Source of the DNA: an uncultured Enterobacteriaceae bacterium
GTDB taxonomy: Bacteria; Pseudomonadota; Gammaproteobacteria; Eutrophobiales; Eutrophobiaceae
Length of the DNA: 64,000 nucleotides
Direction: 5' to 3'
Assembly: GCA_964523895.1 (NCBI GenBank)
Contig: CAZGBJ010000003.1
Span: 47,798-111,797 of the forward strand
The notes under the pieces are model-generated. The model did no database searches. It had not been told where the DNA came from and saw only the letters and a program-made list of their open reading frames with translations. The translations under genes and the position numbers were made by a program. Below are positions 11,651-22,080 of this stretch, one piece after another; positions within the stretch are counted from its first letter, which is position 1; each line of letters begins with the position of its first letter.

Positions 11651-12478
11651 TCAAGGTTGCAATATATCTTGCCAATGTTCTACCCAACAGCAATCATGGC
11701 TGAAATCAGGAATTATTTTGTAGCTAAATAAAGTATTTTTTTCGGAACGCGCGATAAATGATAACTGCGTCTTCTCGGGAACAACCTTGTCCTGACCACC
11801 CCAGAAATGCTGCTGCCTTATGCCTTCTAGCTCTGTTAGATAACTCAATGGTGTTAACGAACCACTCAATTTTGACACCCCATGCCAATCACTCCAGGCT
11901 TCATGATCAATATTTGCAGCGATTGTTGTTATTTTGCTTACATCGTTTCTACTCGCTGCAACTAACATTGCTATAACACCACCACCTGAATAACCGATTA
12001 ATTCGATGTTGGTAGCTTTTGATTGCGTTTTAATTTTTGTTATCGCTTCACTCATCGCATCGACAACTTCTCTTGCATATCTATGTGACGACCAATATTT
12101 GGTTGAACATTTTTTAAGTTGCTCTTTATTAAGGTACTGACAAGGACGAGCCAGATAAGCCACATTCGGTCCTGGATCAATTACTGCTAGCTCTAATGCG
12201 ATTGGTTTTCTAGGCGTAGGGTTATCAGATAAGCTGTTTTTACGTTCCCATGCATGACCATCACCCTCGATATATATAACAATCTTATTTGTTATTACCT
12301 TATTGATTTTTACATAAGCAAATAGATCAAAGTCTTCAGTTTGAATAAGCTGGTTTTTAAAACCCGCCTTTACCGCCTCAGTTGTTGTTTCTATAAGCGA
12401 TGAAGTAGAACAGCCATTGATACTCAATAGACATATAATTAGAAACACACGGGAACTTGCTTGTGGTTGTTTATTCAA
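11651..12478 (-). CDS. Putative lipoprotein alpha/beta hydrolase
   Basis: Lipobox-like INGC, YIEGDG, YLARPCQY, GYSGGG nucleophile elbow, C-terminal His. Confidence 0.85.
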   Translation of the reverse strand: MNKQPQASSRVFLIICLLSINGCSTSSLIETTTEAVKAGFKNQLIQTEDFDLFAYVKINKVITNKIVIYIEGDGHAWERKNSLSDNPTPRKPIALELAVIDPGPNVAYLARPCQYLNKEQLKKCSTKYWSSHRYAREVVDAMSEAITKIKTQSKATNIELIGYSGGGVIAMLVAASRNDVSKITTIAANIDHEAWSDWHGVSKLSGSLTPLSYLTELEGIRQQHFWGGQDKVVPEKTQLSFIARSEKNTLFSYKIIPDFSHDCCWVEHWQDILQP

Positions 12479-12554
12479 CTGAATACAAAAAATTGTGTGC
12501 TAATGCACAAGAGATACAGTTACAGGTATATATACCTCGTTGTATTAATAATAC

Positions 12555-13976
12555 CTAGAAATCAACTCTTATCGTCATGCTGATTCTATCTTCGTCAAAA
12601 TCTTCTCTGAGAAAACGTTTACTGTATTCGAGATTACCGCTAATACCATTCTTATTAAAATAACGAAAACCCGTCGTCATCAATATATCATCACTGTCAT
12701 TTGAAGCTTGCGGACCTGTTGCCACAGTAATTTCTCTCAATTGAAAATCGTTTTGATAAGATAAATTAATAAAGGGCTCATAATTGTCCCAGCTATAAGC
12801 AATATCACCCGCAATACTCAAGGAACCCAATTTGGTGCGGCTATCATCAACAACGATTCCGTTACTCTCTGTATAACTATCTATATTACTACTTGCATAC
12901 GAAGCACCAACACGACCACCAATGATCCAATTATCATAAAAGGTAATACCGTTAAGATTGAATGCGCTAAACCATCTGTCTGCATTCGGCGTACTGGTAA
13001 TTTGAGTCGTTGTCGCTGGAGCGACACGAAATTGATTATATTCAACTTTCGAATAACCCACAGTGAAATCAACACTTAAACTGTCCGTTAATAATGCACC
13101 AAAATAAGGAGCTATCGTGTAACTATCCGTCTCCTGGTTCCCCGAGTTAAATGTCGTATCAACATCTCCTCTATCATAACCAAAAGCAACGCCTAATATC
13201 GTATTGCCCCAAAAGCCAAAATCAATCCCACCAAGGAAACTATGACTGGTACCATCAAAAGCAGTGCTACTCAGGTTATTTTCATAATCGGTATAGGAAT
13301 AACTACCCCATACACCGTAAGGAATTGTTGATCCGTCACCAGCATTCAGCCCCGTGGCACCTTGCAATTTGAATTGATTGTCAGTGACACGGGAACCACT
13401 GGTAAAACCTACGCCGCTCAATGCACCGGAAACGTGACCACTAACATCTGAAATCGTACTCTGCACCTGAGTATTAAATAAAGCAGCTTCTGTAACTGTA
13501 CTACTACTTGTAACCTCAGGAACAATAACGTTGCTACCACTGACACGAGTCAACGTTGCAGAAGTTGAAAATGTACAGCCGCCACCAAAATCGCCTGTTG
13601 AAGTAGTGGTCAGTGTGGTTCCAATTAGTGTTGCAGAAAATGAAGTAAATACACCAAAATTACCAAAAGAATCTTGCAGACCACCACTGAGTCCAGTAAG
13701 TGTGTTACCAGAAATTGAATTTGATCCTTGAAAACTTACGATTGATCCATCAAATGTTGCATTAGTCGTTCCTGTGGCGCTAATAATATTTCCATTCAGA
13801 CCTGAAAAAGAAGTAGAGTTAGTGCCATTAAAAGGACCGCCAGCACATGAACCAAATAGAGTTATGCTCTCTGGACCGACAAATGTGCCTAAAAAATCCT
13901 CATTAGTAACCGCAGTCGCCGAAACAGGCAAATAAAACAATGCGAACAACAAGAAAGGTGAGATTAAACGATTCAT
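12555..13976 (-). CDS. Autotransporter-like outer-membrane beta-barrel protein, paralog 1
   Basis: Signal peptide, Ser/Thr/Gly-rich N-domain, linker, amphipathic beta-strands, C-terminal Phe. Confidence 0.8.
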   Translation of the reverse strand: MNRLISPFLLFALFYLPVSATAVTNEDFLGTFVGPESITLFGSCAGGPFNGTNSTSFSGLNGNIISATGTTNATFDGSIVSFQGSNSISGNTLTGLSGGLQDSFGNFGVFTSFSATLIGTTLTTTSTGDFGGGCTFSTSATLTRVSGSNVIVPEVTSSSTVTEAALFNTQVQSTISDVSGHVSGALSGVGFTSGSRVTDNQFKLQGATGLNAGDGSTIPYGVWGSYSYTDYENNLSSTAFDGTSHSFLGGIDFGFWGNTILGVAFGYDRGDVDTTFNSGNQETDSYTIAPYFGALLTDSLSVDFTVGYSKVEYNQFRVAPATTTQITSTPNADRWFSAFNLNGITFYDNWIIGGRVGASYASSNIDSYTESNGIVVDDSRTKLGSLSIAGDIAYSWDNYEPFINLSYQNDFQLREITVATGPQASNDSDDILMTTGFRYFNKNGISGNLEYSKRFLREDFDEDRISMTIRVDF

Positions 13977-13982
13977 AGAATT

Positions 13983-14014
13983 TCCCTTAATTCCTTAATT
14001 CCTTAATTCCTTAA
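13983..14014. repeat. Octamer tandem repeat (TTCCTTAA)x~4 containing the SD of 12555-13976
   Basis: tcccttaa ttccttaa ttccttaa ttccttaa; minus strand reads TTAAGGAA repeats ending 6 nt before the ATG. Confidence 0.9.
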
Positions 14015-14082
14015 TTAAGCTTGGAAAATACAACAATTAAATGAAAAAAACTACATTTTCCGTGAAAGATACTTGAATTAAC

Positions 14083-15537
14083 CTAGAAATCAGCCCTTAT
14101 CGTCACGCTAATTCTGTCTTCGTCAAAATTATCTCTGAGAAAGCGTTTACTGTATTCGAGATTGCCAGTAATACCATTTTTATTGAAGTATCGTACGCCC
14201 GTCGTCATTAAAATATCATCACTATCATTAGAAGGTTGTGCGCCGGTTGTTACACTTATTTCTCTTAATGAAAAATCATTCTGATAGGATAAATTGATAA
14301 AGGGCTCATAGTCTTTATAACTATAGGCTACGTCACCGGCTATGCTTATCGTTCCAACTTTGGTTCGGCTGTCGGCGACGACTGTTCCGTTACTTTCTGT
14401 GTACGAATCTATCGTGCTACTCGCATATGAGGTACCAATACGCCCACCAATGATCCAATTATCATAATAAGTCACGCCATTCAGATTAAGTGCACCAAAT
14501 ACTCTGTTTGAAATAGGTGAACTGGTAATCCGTGTAGTGCTCCCGGTTACAACACGAAATTGATCATAATCAACTTTCGAATAACCCACTGTGAAATCAA
14601 GACTCATACTATCGGTTAATAATGCACCAAAATAAGGAGCAATCGTGTAAGTATCGGTTTCCTGATTACCCGAATTAAAAGTTGTATCGAGATCCCCTGA
14701 ATCATAACCAAAAGCAATACCTAGTATTGTGTTGTCCCAAAAACCAAAATCTACCCCACCAAGAAAACCGTGACTAGTCCCTTCAAAGGCGGTACTACTC
14801 AGATCATTTTCATAATCTGTATAGGAATAACTGCCCCATACGCCGTAAGGAACAGCTGAACCATCGCCCGCATTTAAACCCGTTGCGCCTTCAAGTATGA
14901 GCTGATTATCACCGACAAAATGTAAGCCGCCAAAAAATATACCGCTCAATGCAGCGGCAACATGGCTGCTGACACCTGAAATCGTACCTTGAATTAGTAG
15001 ATTAAATAAAACGGCGTCTGTTACTGTACTACTGGCAGTGACATCCGGAGTGATCACATTACCACCTGTGAGTGTAAGCGAAGCAACATCATTAAGAAAA
15101 CACTGAGGACTACCACTGGTATCTGCCCCATTAGTAGTGAAATTAAAAACCCCATTAATTATTGTTCCTAATAAAGTACCTGAGGAAGTACTGCCGGGCT
15201 CTACTGTTGAGAAAGAAGCAGTCACATTACCAGCACTATCCACTGTGCCTGTCAATGTGGTAGTACCAATACCATCCGATGCAGATCCAGTAAAATTTGC
15301 ACCAATTTGGTTTGAAAGCGTCAACGATAAAGTAGATACATCTACAAAAGGTCCTGCATTAGGGGGGCCGCCTGGAAAAGCCGTGCCACAACCAGTTTCA
15401 GTCGTGGTAATCTGACCAGAGTATGTTCCTGTAACATCAGGAAAGGCTGCACGTACATTTGTACTAAATAGCAGAGACATTAATACAAGAAAAACTATAT
15501 TTATCAGCCTATTAGGAACATTAATCCTTTTATACAT
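14083..15537 (-). CDS. Autotransporter-like outer-membrane beta-barrel protein, paralog 2
   Basis: Same architecture; barrel nearly identical to paralog 1 (PYGVWGSYSYTDYEN...APYFGALLTDS...GNLEYSKRFLR). Confidence 0.8.
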   Translation of the reverse strand: MYKRINVPNRLINIVFLVLMSLLFSTNVRAAFPDVTGTYSGQITTTETGCGTAFPGGPPNAGPFVDVSTLSLTLSNQIGANFTGSASDGIGTTTLTGTVDSAGNVTASFSTVEPGSTSSGTLLGTIINGVFNFTTNGADTSGSPQCFLNDVASLTLTGGNVITPDVTASSTVTDAVLFNLLIQGTISGVSSHVAAALSGIFFGGLHFVGDNQLILEGATGLNAGDGSAVPYGVWGSYSYTDYENDLSSTAFEGTSHGFLGGVDFGFWDNTILGIAFGYDSGDLDTTFNSGNQETDTYTIAPYFGALLTDSMSLDFTVGYSKVDYDQFRVVTGSTTRITSSPISNRVFGALNLNGVTYYDNWIIGGRIGTSYASSTIDSYTESNGTVVADSRTKVGTISIAGDVAYSYKDYEPFINLSYQNDFSLREISVTTGAQPSNDSDDILMTTGVRYFNKNGITGNLEYSKRFLRDNFDEDRISVTIRADF

Positions 15538-15771
15538 GCTAAAGACACCCCAGAGGAATTGTTATTTTTATAAAACCAGGCATGCATTATTGAATTTGCA
15601 AATACAGGCACTAAACTTAGGAAAACAGTTGCATGAACAACGTTTACTCATCATATAATATATGAACCATAGAGAAAACGTGTTTATGTCACATTCGTAA
15701 TAAATTGATTTTATATTCTTAAAAAAATAAACATACAATCTACACAAACCATCAATATGCACTAATAGATT

Positions 15772-16464
15772 ATGCTGAATATACTAACATCAAGAAAATA
15801 TTTCTTCCTGACATTGATTTTACTATCTCTATCTTCCACACATTCTTTTGCCGACGTTATAAAAGAGTCGGGCATTATTGAAAGCATCAAAGGTGATGCC
15901 TGGGCTAGTCAACAAAGTTTGCCTGAAAGGAAGCTCTCTGAAAAAAGTGTGGTTTATGAAAATGATTTGGTTAAAACAGGAAAAGGATCTTCGCTGACGA
16001 TATTATTTAAAGACAAAACTAAATTTGATCTTGGTTCTGAGTCTGATTTTTTAATTAGTAAATTTAATTATAAAAAATCAGATGATGAAGATGGTATTAC
16101 TGTAAAAATGTTAAGAGGTTCTTTTAGATTTATATCCGGCTTAATCGCCAAGAAAAAACCAAAATCAATGACGGTAGGTACATCGGTAGCAACTATTGGT
16201 ATTCGGGGAACACATGTTGCAGGAGAAGTAGAGACAACATCAGCAAGAATAGTGCTTATGGAAAAAGAAGATCCAACATCACAAAATGAAATAGAGGTCT
16301 TTAATGAATTTGGTAGTGTCACTATTGATGAGGCAGGGTATGGTACGGAGATCCCTGATGAGTTTAGCCCTCCATCGCCGGTAAGACGCATGCGGTTACA
16401 AACAATTAATAACTTAACCCGATCAATTCAGCGTGCCAATACACCAAGACCACGCATGCGTTAG
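15772..16464 (+). CDS. Secreted FecR-domain protein
   Basis: N-terminal signal peptide; VKTG...ILFKD and ATIGIRGT FecR-type motifs. Confidence 0.8.
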   Translation: MLNILTSRKYFFLTLILLSLSSTHSFADVIKESGIIESIKGDAWASQQSLPERKLSEKSVVYENDLVKTGKGSSLTILFKDKTKFDLGSESDFLISKFNYKKSDDEDGITVKMLRGSFRFISGLIAKKKPKSMTVGTSVATIGIRGTHVAGEVETTSARIVLMEKEDPTSQNEIEVFNEFGSVTIDEAGYGTEIPDEFSPPSPVRRMRLQTINNLTRSIQRANTPRPRMR

Positions 16465-16479
16465 AAATATCGGTGAAGG

Positions 16480-18165
16480 TTATTTACGTTTAGCCCAGGA
16501 ATCCCGTAGGCTGACTGTGCGATTAAATACTGGCTTACCATCAATACTATCTTTGTTATCAATACAAAAATATCCCGTTCGTTCAAATTGATATGCATCT
16601 TCGCTTTTTGCATCTATCAACGATGACTCTAGACAAGCATCCTTAAGAACCGTCATTGACTCAGGATTAAGAAAGCTCTTCCAGTCTTGTTCATGTTTAT
16701 TACTATCTGGTTTTGGGTCACTGAATAATCGATCATATAAACGCACTTCTGCTTTTAAAGCATGTTCAGCGGAGACCCAATGTATTGTTCCCTTAACTTT
16801 ACGACCATCGGGTGCATTACCCCCTTTAGTCTCAGGATCGTAAGTGCATCGTAGCTCAATAACTTCACCTGCATCATTTTTTATTACATCAGTACATGTT
16901 ATGAAATATGCGTAACGTAATCGCACTTCACGCCCCGGTCCTAAACGAAAGAATTTTTTCGGAGGATCTTCCATAAAATCACTTTGTTCAATGTATAGTA
17001 CTTTTGAAAAAGGTAATTGACGCTGACCCATACCTGGATTGTTCGGATGATAAGGCGCGTCCAACTGTTCTGTTTCACCTTCAGGGTAATTTTCGATAAC
17101 GACTTTCAGTGGATTCAAGACAGCAAGAACACGACGCGTACGTTTATCCAAATCTTCTCTTACGCAATTTTCTAAAACACCTACATCAATCACGGTGTCC
17201 GTTTTAGTGACCCCAATACGACTACAAAAATCACGTATCGCTTCTGGCGTATAACCACGACGTCGCATACCGACCAGTGTGGGCATACGAGGATCATCCC
17301 AGGATGAAACTTGTCCATCAACAACCAGTTCATTTAATTTACGTTTGCTAGTCACCGTGTAACTTAAATTCAGGCGGGCAAATTCAATTTGTTGTGGATG
17401 GCAATCTATCGGCAATTGATCCAAGAACCAGTCATACAAAGGACGATGATCTTCAAATTCCAATGTACATAAAGAATGCGTAATACTTTCTAACGCATCA
17501 GAAACACAATGGGTATAGTCATACATCGGATATATGCACCACTCATCTGCTGTGCGATGGTGACTTTCTTTCTTAATTCTATAAATTGCTGGATCACGCA
17601 TATTCATATTGGGTGATGCCATGTCTATCTTTGCACGCAACAAACACTCACCTTCATCAAATTCACCAGCACGCATACGTTCAAATAAATCCAGATTTTC
17701 TTCAACACTGCGATCACGATACGGACTTGCCTTGCCCGGTTTAGTTAATGAACCGCGATATTCACGTATCTCATCAGCGGTTAAATGATCAACATACGCT
17801 TTATCATCACGGATTAACTGTTTGGCAAACTCAAATAATTTCTCAAAATAATCCGATGAAAAGTAGAGGCGATCTTCCCAATCAAACCCCAGCCATTTAA
17901 CATCGTTTTGAATTGAATCCGTATATTCAACATCTTCTTTCTCGGGATTAGTATCATCAAAACGGAGATTACATGTTCCCCCCTTATAATCTTCTGCAAT
18001 ACCAAAGTTTAAGTATATCGACTTTGCATGTCCGATATGGAGATAACCATTAGGCTCAGGTGGGAAACGTGTATGCACACGACCCTCATTTTTATTATTC
18101 GTTAAATCATCATTAATGATATTACGAATAAAATTACTGGCTTCCGGAGTTGAATTTTCAGACAT
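16480..18165 (-). CDS. glnS: Glutaminyl-tRNA synthetase
   Basis: [28 protein letters not shown]. Confidence 0.99.
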   Translation of the reverse strand: MSENSTPEASNFIRNIINDDLTNNKNEGRVHTRFPPEPNGYLHIGHAKSIYLNFGIAEDYKGGTCNLRFDDTNPEKEDVEYTDSIQNDVKWLGFDWEDRLYFSSDYFEKLFEFAKQLIRDDKAYVDHLTADEIREYRGSLTKPGKASPYRDRSVEENLDLFERMRAGEFDEGECLLRAKIDMASPNMNMRDPAIYRIKKESHHRTADEWCIYPMYDYTHCVSDALESITHSLCTLEFEDHRPLYDWFLDQLPIDCHPQQIEFARLNLSYTVTSKRKLNELVVDGQVSSWDDPRMPTLVGMRRRGYTPEAIRDFCSRIGVTKTDTVIDVGVLENCVREDLDKRTRRVLAVLNPLKVVIENYPEGETEQLDAPYHPNNPGMGQRQLPFSKVLYIEQSDFMEDPPKKFFRLGPGREVRLRYAYFITCTDVIKNDAGEVIELRCTYDPETKGGNAPDGRKVKGTIHWVSAEHALKAEVRLYDRLFSDPKPDSNKHEQDWKSFLNPESMTVLKDACLESSLIDAKSEDAYQFERTGYFCIDNKDSIDGKPVFNRTVSLRDSWAKRK

Positions 18166-18202
18166 GAACTATCCTGTTTGTTATTACTAACCAAGCTTAT
18201 TA

Positions 18203-18271
18203 GCCACAGAGTACACAGAGATCATTGAGATTAAGAAATATAAAACCAATTAGCTCTGTGTACTCTGTGGC
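18203..18271. repeat. Short inverted-repeat element / possible terminator
   Basis: Perfect 18-bp inverted repeat GCCACAGAGTACACAGAG / CTCTGTGTACTCTGTGGC around an AT-rich spacer. Confidence 0.85.
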
Positions 18272-18318
18272 AAATGGTTTTTATGACATCTTTAATTGCT
18301 TGATGATTATTTTCGTTA

Positions 18319-19539
18319 TTATACATACTTACGCGCTGTATCAGGCAAGTCGCCTTTCAATCCCATCGCCCGTTTCATAATTGCGTGTTTGGCAAATGGT
18401 AAACTATCAATCATATCCAGACCAAAATTGCGCAGCCATTGTACAGATTGAGATTGATTTTCAAAGAGCTGTTTAAAACCATCCATTAAATACATCACAT
18501 TCTGGTTCTCGCCTTTGCGCCGACGTTCATAACGACGTAACACTTGTAAACGACCCGGATCTCTTCCGCGCTGTACACTATCGACAACAACTTCTGCCAG
18601 GGCAGCTGCATCCAACAAACCTAAATTTGCACCTAAACCTGCCAGAGGATGGACGCTATGTGCACTATCACCAATTAAAGCCATTCTTGATTGAACATAG
18701 TGTTCGGCCTGCGCACGACTGAGTGGGAAAACTATTCGTTCTGTACTTTCCTTAATTTCACCTAATTCATTTGCAAAAGCCTCTGCCAATTCAAAATGAA
18801 ATGCCGATTTATCCATCTCTTTAAGTCGCTGGGCATGATCCGGGCTAGTTGACCAAACAATGGCAGATTGATGAGGATCAATCATTGGTAGAAATGCTAA
18901 AGGTCCGCGTTTTAAAAATCGTTGTCGTGCAACTTCAGCATGTGGAAATTCCGTAGTAACAATACATGCCAAGGCAGACTGCTTATAGTCGTGTTTTTGG
19001 TAATGAATATTAGCAAGCGATCTGAGCTTTGAATGACTGCCATCGGCAGCAACCACAATCTTTGACCTGAACTGCAAGCCATCTTCTGTTTCCAATAGCA
19101 TTGCATCCGTTTCATCTTTAATAAACGCGGGAGAAACTGCCCAAATGCAACGAACATTTTCCATATCCAGCAATTTTTCCTGTAGTGCATCGACGATAGT
19201 CTGATGAGAAATAATATAACCCATCGTTGCCTGGCAAATCGAAGCACTATCAAATTGAATTTCGCCCAATCCATTTTCATCCCAAACATGCATTTTACGA
19301 AAACAGGCAATATCATTCTCTTCTAAGCGACGCCAGGCACCGGCCTTTTTAAGTATTTGTTCAGAAGCAAGGGTAATAGCAAAAACACGCGCATCGACTT
19401 TTTTGAGTTGATTAACTTGTCTGACACCGGCATCAAGTAAAATAACTTTTAGTCCAGCTTGCCCTAATAAACAGGCAAAAGTACCACCAATAATACCGCC
19501 ACCGACAACAACGACATCTGCATCAAATTTATCTGTCAT
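18319..19539 (-). CDS. ubiI: UbiI/VisC-family FAD hydroxylase
   Basis: GGGIIG, ADGSHS, GDSAHSVHPLAGLGANLG; follows ubiH. Confidence 0.85.
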   Translation of the reverse strand: MTDKFDADVVVVGGGIIGGTFACLLGQAGLKVILLDAGVRQVNQLKKVDARVFAITLASEQILKKAGAWRRLEENDIACFRKMHVWDENGLGEIQFDSASICQATMGYIISHQTIVDALQEKLLDMENVRCIWAVSPAFIKDETDAMLLETEDGLQFRSKIVVAADGSHSKLRSLANIHYQKHDYKQSALACIVTTEFPHAEVARQRFLKRGPLAFLPMIDPHQSAIVWSTSPDHAQRLKEMDKSAFHFELAEAFANELGEIKESTERIVFPLSRAQAEHYVQSRMALIGDSAHSVHPLAGLGANLGLLDAAALAEVVVDSVQRGRDPGRLQVLRRYERRRKGENQNVMYLMDGFKQLFENQSQSVQWLRNFGLDMIDSLPFAKHAIMKRAMGLKGDLPDTARKYV

Positions 19540-20756
19540 AACGACTGACCTCTAACGAGCCGAGGTTGTAATCCAGCAATGCCCATTGTTTTTTCAACAA
19601 ATGACCTTTTGAGATCAGGCATAGAATCCAGCAACAACATAGCTGCATTTCTAGCAGCACCTAATAAGGGTAATTCATTATAAAAGCTATTTGCTAGCCC
19701 ATTAGTAAACCGTATAACGCGTTGTTGATCTGTTTGACGTAATTTTATGTAAGCTTCTAAAATACTAATATCATCCGTAGTAAGTCCTTTTTCAATAGCT
19801 GCAGAAATACACTCTGTCAAACCGGCAACATCACGTAGACCCAAATTAAAACCTTGTGCCGCATTCGGATGAATACTATGCGCTGCATTACCTAATAAAA
19901 TTAATTGTTGCTGAAATTGTACTATTGCTTCTATAAAGACAATGGGATACGAGCGTCGTTGACCCACTTGTTCAATCTTTCCTAAACGACGTCCAAACTC
20001 GGTTTCAACGGCTTTAATATAATGCTCATCAGGCATGTTCAGGTATCGCTCTGCATCATTCTTATTTACAGTAAATACCAACACTGAACGATTTGTACCT
20101 ATAGGTAAAAGCGCTATTGGGCCATGTGAAGTAAAACGTTCATAAGCAGTCGCATGATTTGGTTTTTGTGTTGTTACGTTGGCAACAATGGCCGTTTGTT
20201 TAAAATCTTTTTCTTTCGTATTAATTCCTGCCAACCGTCTTACCAGTGAACGACCACCATCAGCGCCGACTAATAATCCTGCACTCATCGTCTCGGTAGT
20301 ATTTGAATTTACTATTTCCAGAGTCATACCTGAATCAGTCCGTTGAATGTGCCTTAGCTCCGCCGGACAAATTAATTTTACATTTTCAAAGGCTGACATT
20401 TGTTTATGCAAGGCAATACCCAGAGAACGTGCAACAACGATATGGCCTAATGCAGAATTTCCGGTTTCGGCCGCATCCAGATGAGTGAAACCAAATCGAC
20501 CTTGTTCCGAGATATGTATTTTTTTTATCGGAGTAGTACATGACTGAACTTGTTGCCAGACACCAATATGTTCAAGAATACGTTTGGAAGAAGGCGAAAG
20601 CGTAATCCCTCTATCATCATAACTGGGCTGCTGCTCATTATTTAAAGCAACAAATTCGATAATAGCAATACGCAAACCTGATGGCGCTAAAGCACAAGCC
20701 AGACTCGCGCCAACCATTCCTGCACCAATGATAGCTACATCATAATCATGCGGCAT
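19536..20756 (-). CDS. ubiH: 2-octaprenyl-6-methoxyphenol hydroxylase
   Basis: GAGMVG, AYERFT, GNAAHSIHPNAAQGFNLG; pepP-ubiH-ubiI order. Confidence 0.92.
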   Translation of the reverse strand: MPHDYDVAIIGAGMVGASLACALAPSGLRIAIIEFVALNNEQQPSYDDRGITLSPSSKRILEHIGVWQQVQSCTTPIKKIHISEQGRFGFTHLDAAETGNSALGHIVVARSLGIALHKQMSAFENVKLICPAELRHIQRTDSGMTLEIVNSNTTETMSAGLLVGADGGRSLVRRLAGINTKEKDFKQTAIVANVTTQKPNHATAYERFTSHGPIALLPIGTNRSVLVFTVNKNDAERYLNMPDEHYIKAVETEFGRRLGKIEQVGQRRSYPIVFIEAIVQFQQQLILLGNAAHSIHPNAAQGFNLGLRDVAGLTECISAAIEKGLTTDDISILEAYIKLRQTDQQRVIRFTNGLANSFYNELPLLGAARNAAMLLLDSMPDLKRSFVEKTMGIAGLQPRLVRGQSL

Positions 20757-22062
20757 TTGTCATCAACTCCTCTATTTCATCTGCCGTTTTTGGCGCACTT
20801 TTACTTAAGACTTCATGCCCATCTTTCGTCACCAAAACATCATCTTCAATTCGTATACCAATATTCCACCATTTTTTCGGGAGGCCTTTAGTGTTCGCTG
20901 GCATATAAAGTCCCGGCTCAACCGTCAATACCATACCCGGTTCAAGCATGCGCCATTCGCTATCAAGTTTATAATCACCGACATCATGCACATCCATACC
21001 GATCCAGTGTCCGGTACGATGCATGTAGTATTTTGTATAAACATGATCCTTAATTAATTCATCCACATCACCTTTCAAAATACCCAACTCAATCATGCCT
21101 TCGGTTAATACCCTGACGGCAGCATCATGTGGGTCATTCCAGTGATTGCCCGGTTTAACTTGTTCAATTGCAGCTAATTGCGCAGCCAATACCAGATCAT
21201 AAGCCTGTCGCTGTGCTGTAGAAAATTTACCGCTGGCGGGAAAGGTTCGTGTTATATCACTTGCGTAACCCTGATATTCAGCTCCTGCGTCAATTAATAA
21301 TAAATCACCTTTATCAATTTCATCCCGGTTCTCGGTGTAATGTAAAATACAGCCATTTGCACCTGAGCCAACAATCGAAGGATAGGCAGCAGCATGTGCA
21401 CCATTACGCATAAACTCATGCACCAGTTCTGCTTCAAGTTGGTATTCATGCATACCAGGCTTACAGTATTGCATCACGCGTTTATGAGCGCTTGAAGAAA
21501 TTACTGCCGCCTGACGCATCAATTTAATTTCATGTCGACTTTTATAAAGCCGCATATCATGCAAAAAATGATTTAGTGAGATAAATTCATCCGGAGCAAC
21601 AACACCCGTTCGAGATTTTCCCCTTATTTGCTTAACCCAGCCCAATACTCTTTGATCAAAATTTTGATCATTACCCATATTATAAAAAATGCGTTCATGA
21701 CCTTCGATCAAGCCGGTTAAGATGTCATCCATATCTTCTATAGGAAAAGCATCATCTGCACCATAAACATCGATAGCACCTTTAAGTCCAGCACGACGTC
21801 CATGCCAGGTTTCCATTTCCACATCACTTTCACGGCAAAACAATATAAATTCACCCTCTGCGCGATCTGGAATCAGTACGGCCACTGCCTCTGGTTCGGG
21901 ATATGCTGTTAGATAGAAAAAGTCGCTGTCTGGACGAAATGGAAACTCAACATCCCGATTGCGAATATAAACAGATGCCGTCGGTAATATCGCAATACTA
22001 TCCGAACCAATCATATCCATGAGTCGCTTGCGGCGAAGCTGGCATTCTTTTTTATTGATCAC
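20746..22062 (-). CDS. pepP: Xaa-Pro aminopeptidase
   Basis: DAGAE, DITRTFP, HWIGMDVHD, EPGLY, RIEDD. Confidence 0.97.
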   Translation of the reverse strand: MINKKECQLRRKRLMDMIGSDSIAILPTASVYIRNRDVEFPFRPDSDFFYLTAYPEPEAVAVLIPDRAEGEFILFCRESDVEMETWHGRRAGLKGAIDVYGADDAFPIEDMDDILTGLIEGHERIFYNMGNDQNFDQRVLGWVKQIRGKSRTGVVAPDEFISLNHFLHDMRLYKSRHEIKLMRQAAVISSSAHKRVMQYCKPGMHEYQLEAELVHEFMRNGAHAAAYPSIVGSGANGCILHYTENRDEIDKGDLLLIDAGAEYQGYASDITRTFPASGKFSTAQRQAYDLVLAAQLAAIEQVKPGNHWNDPHDAAVRVLTEGMIELGILKGDVDELIKDHVYTKYYMHRTGHWIGMDVHDVGDYKLDSEWRMLEPGMVLTVEPGLYMPANTKGLPKKWWNIGIRIEDDVLVTKDGHEVLSKSAPKTADEIEELMTNAA

Positions 22063-22080
22063 CCCAAAATCTCCATAGAA

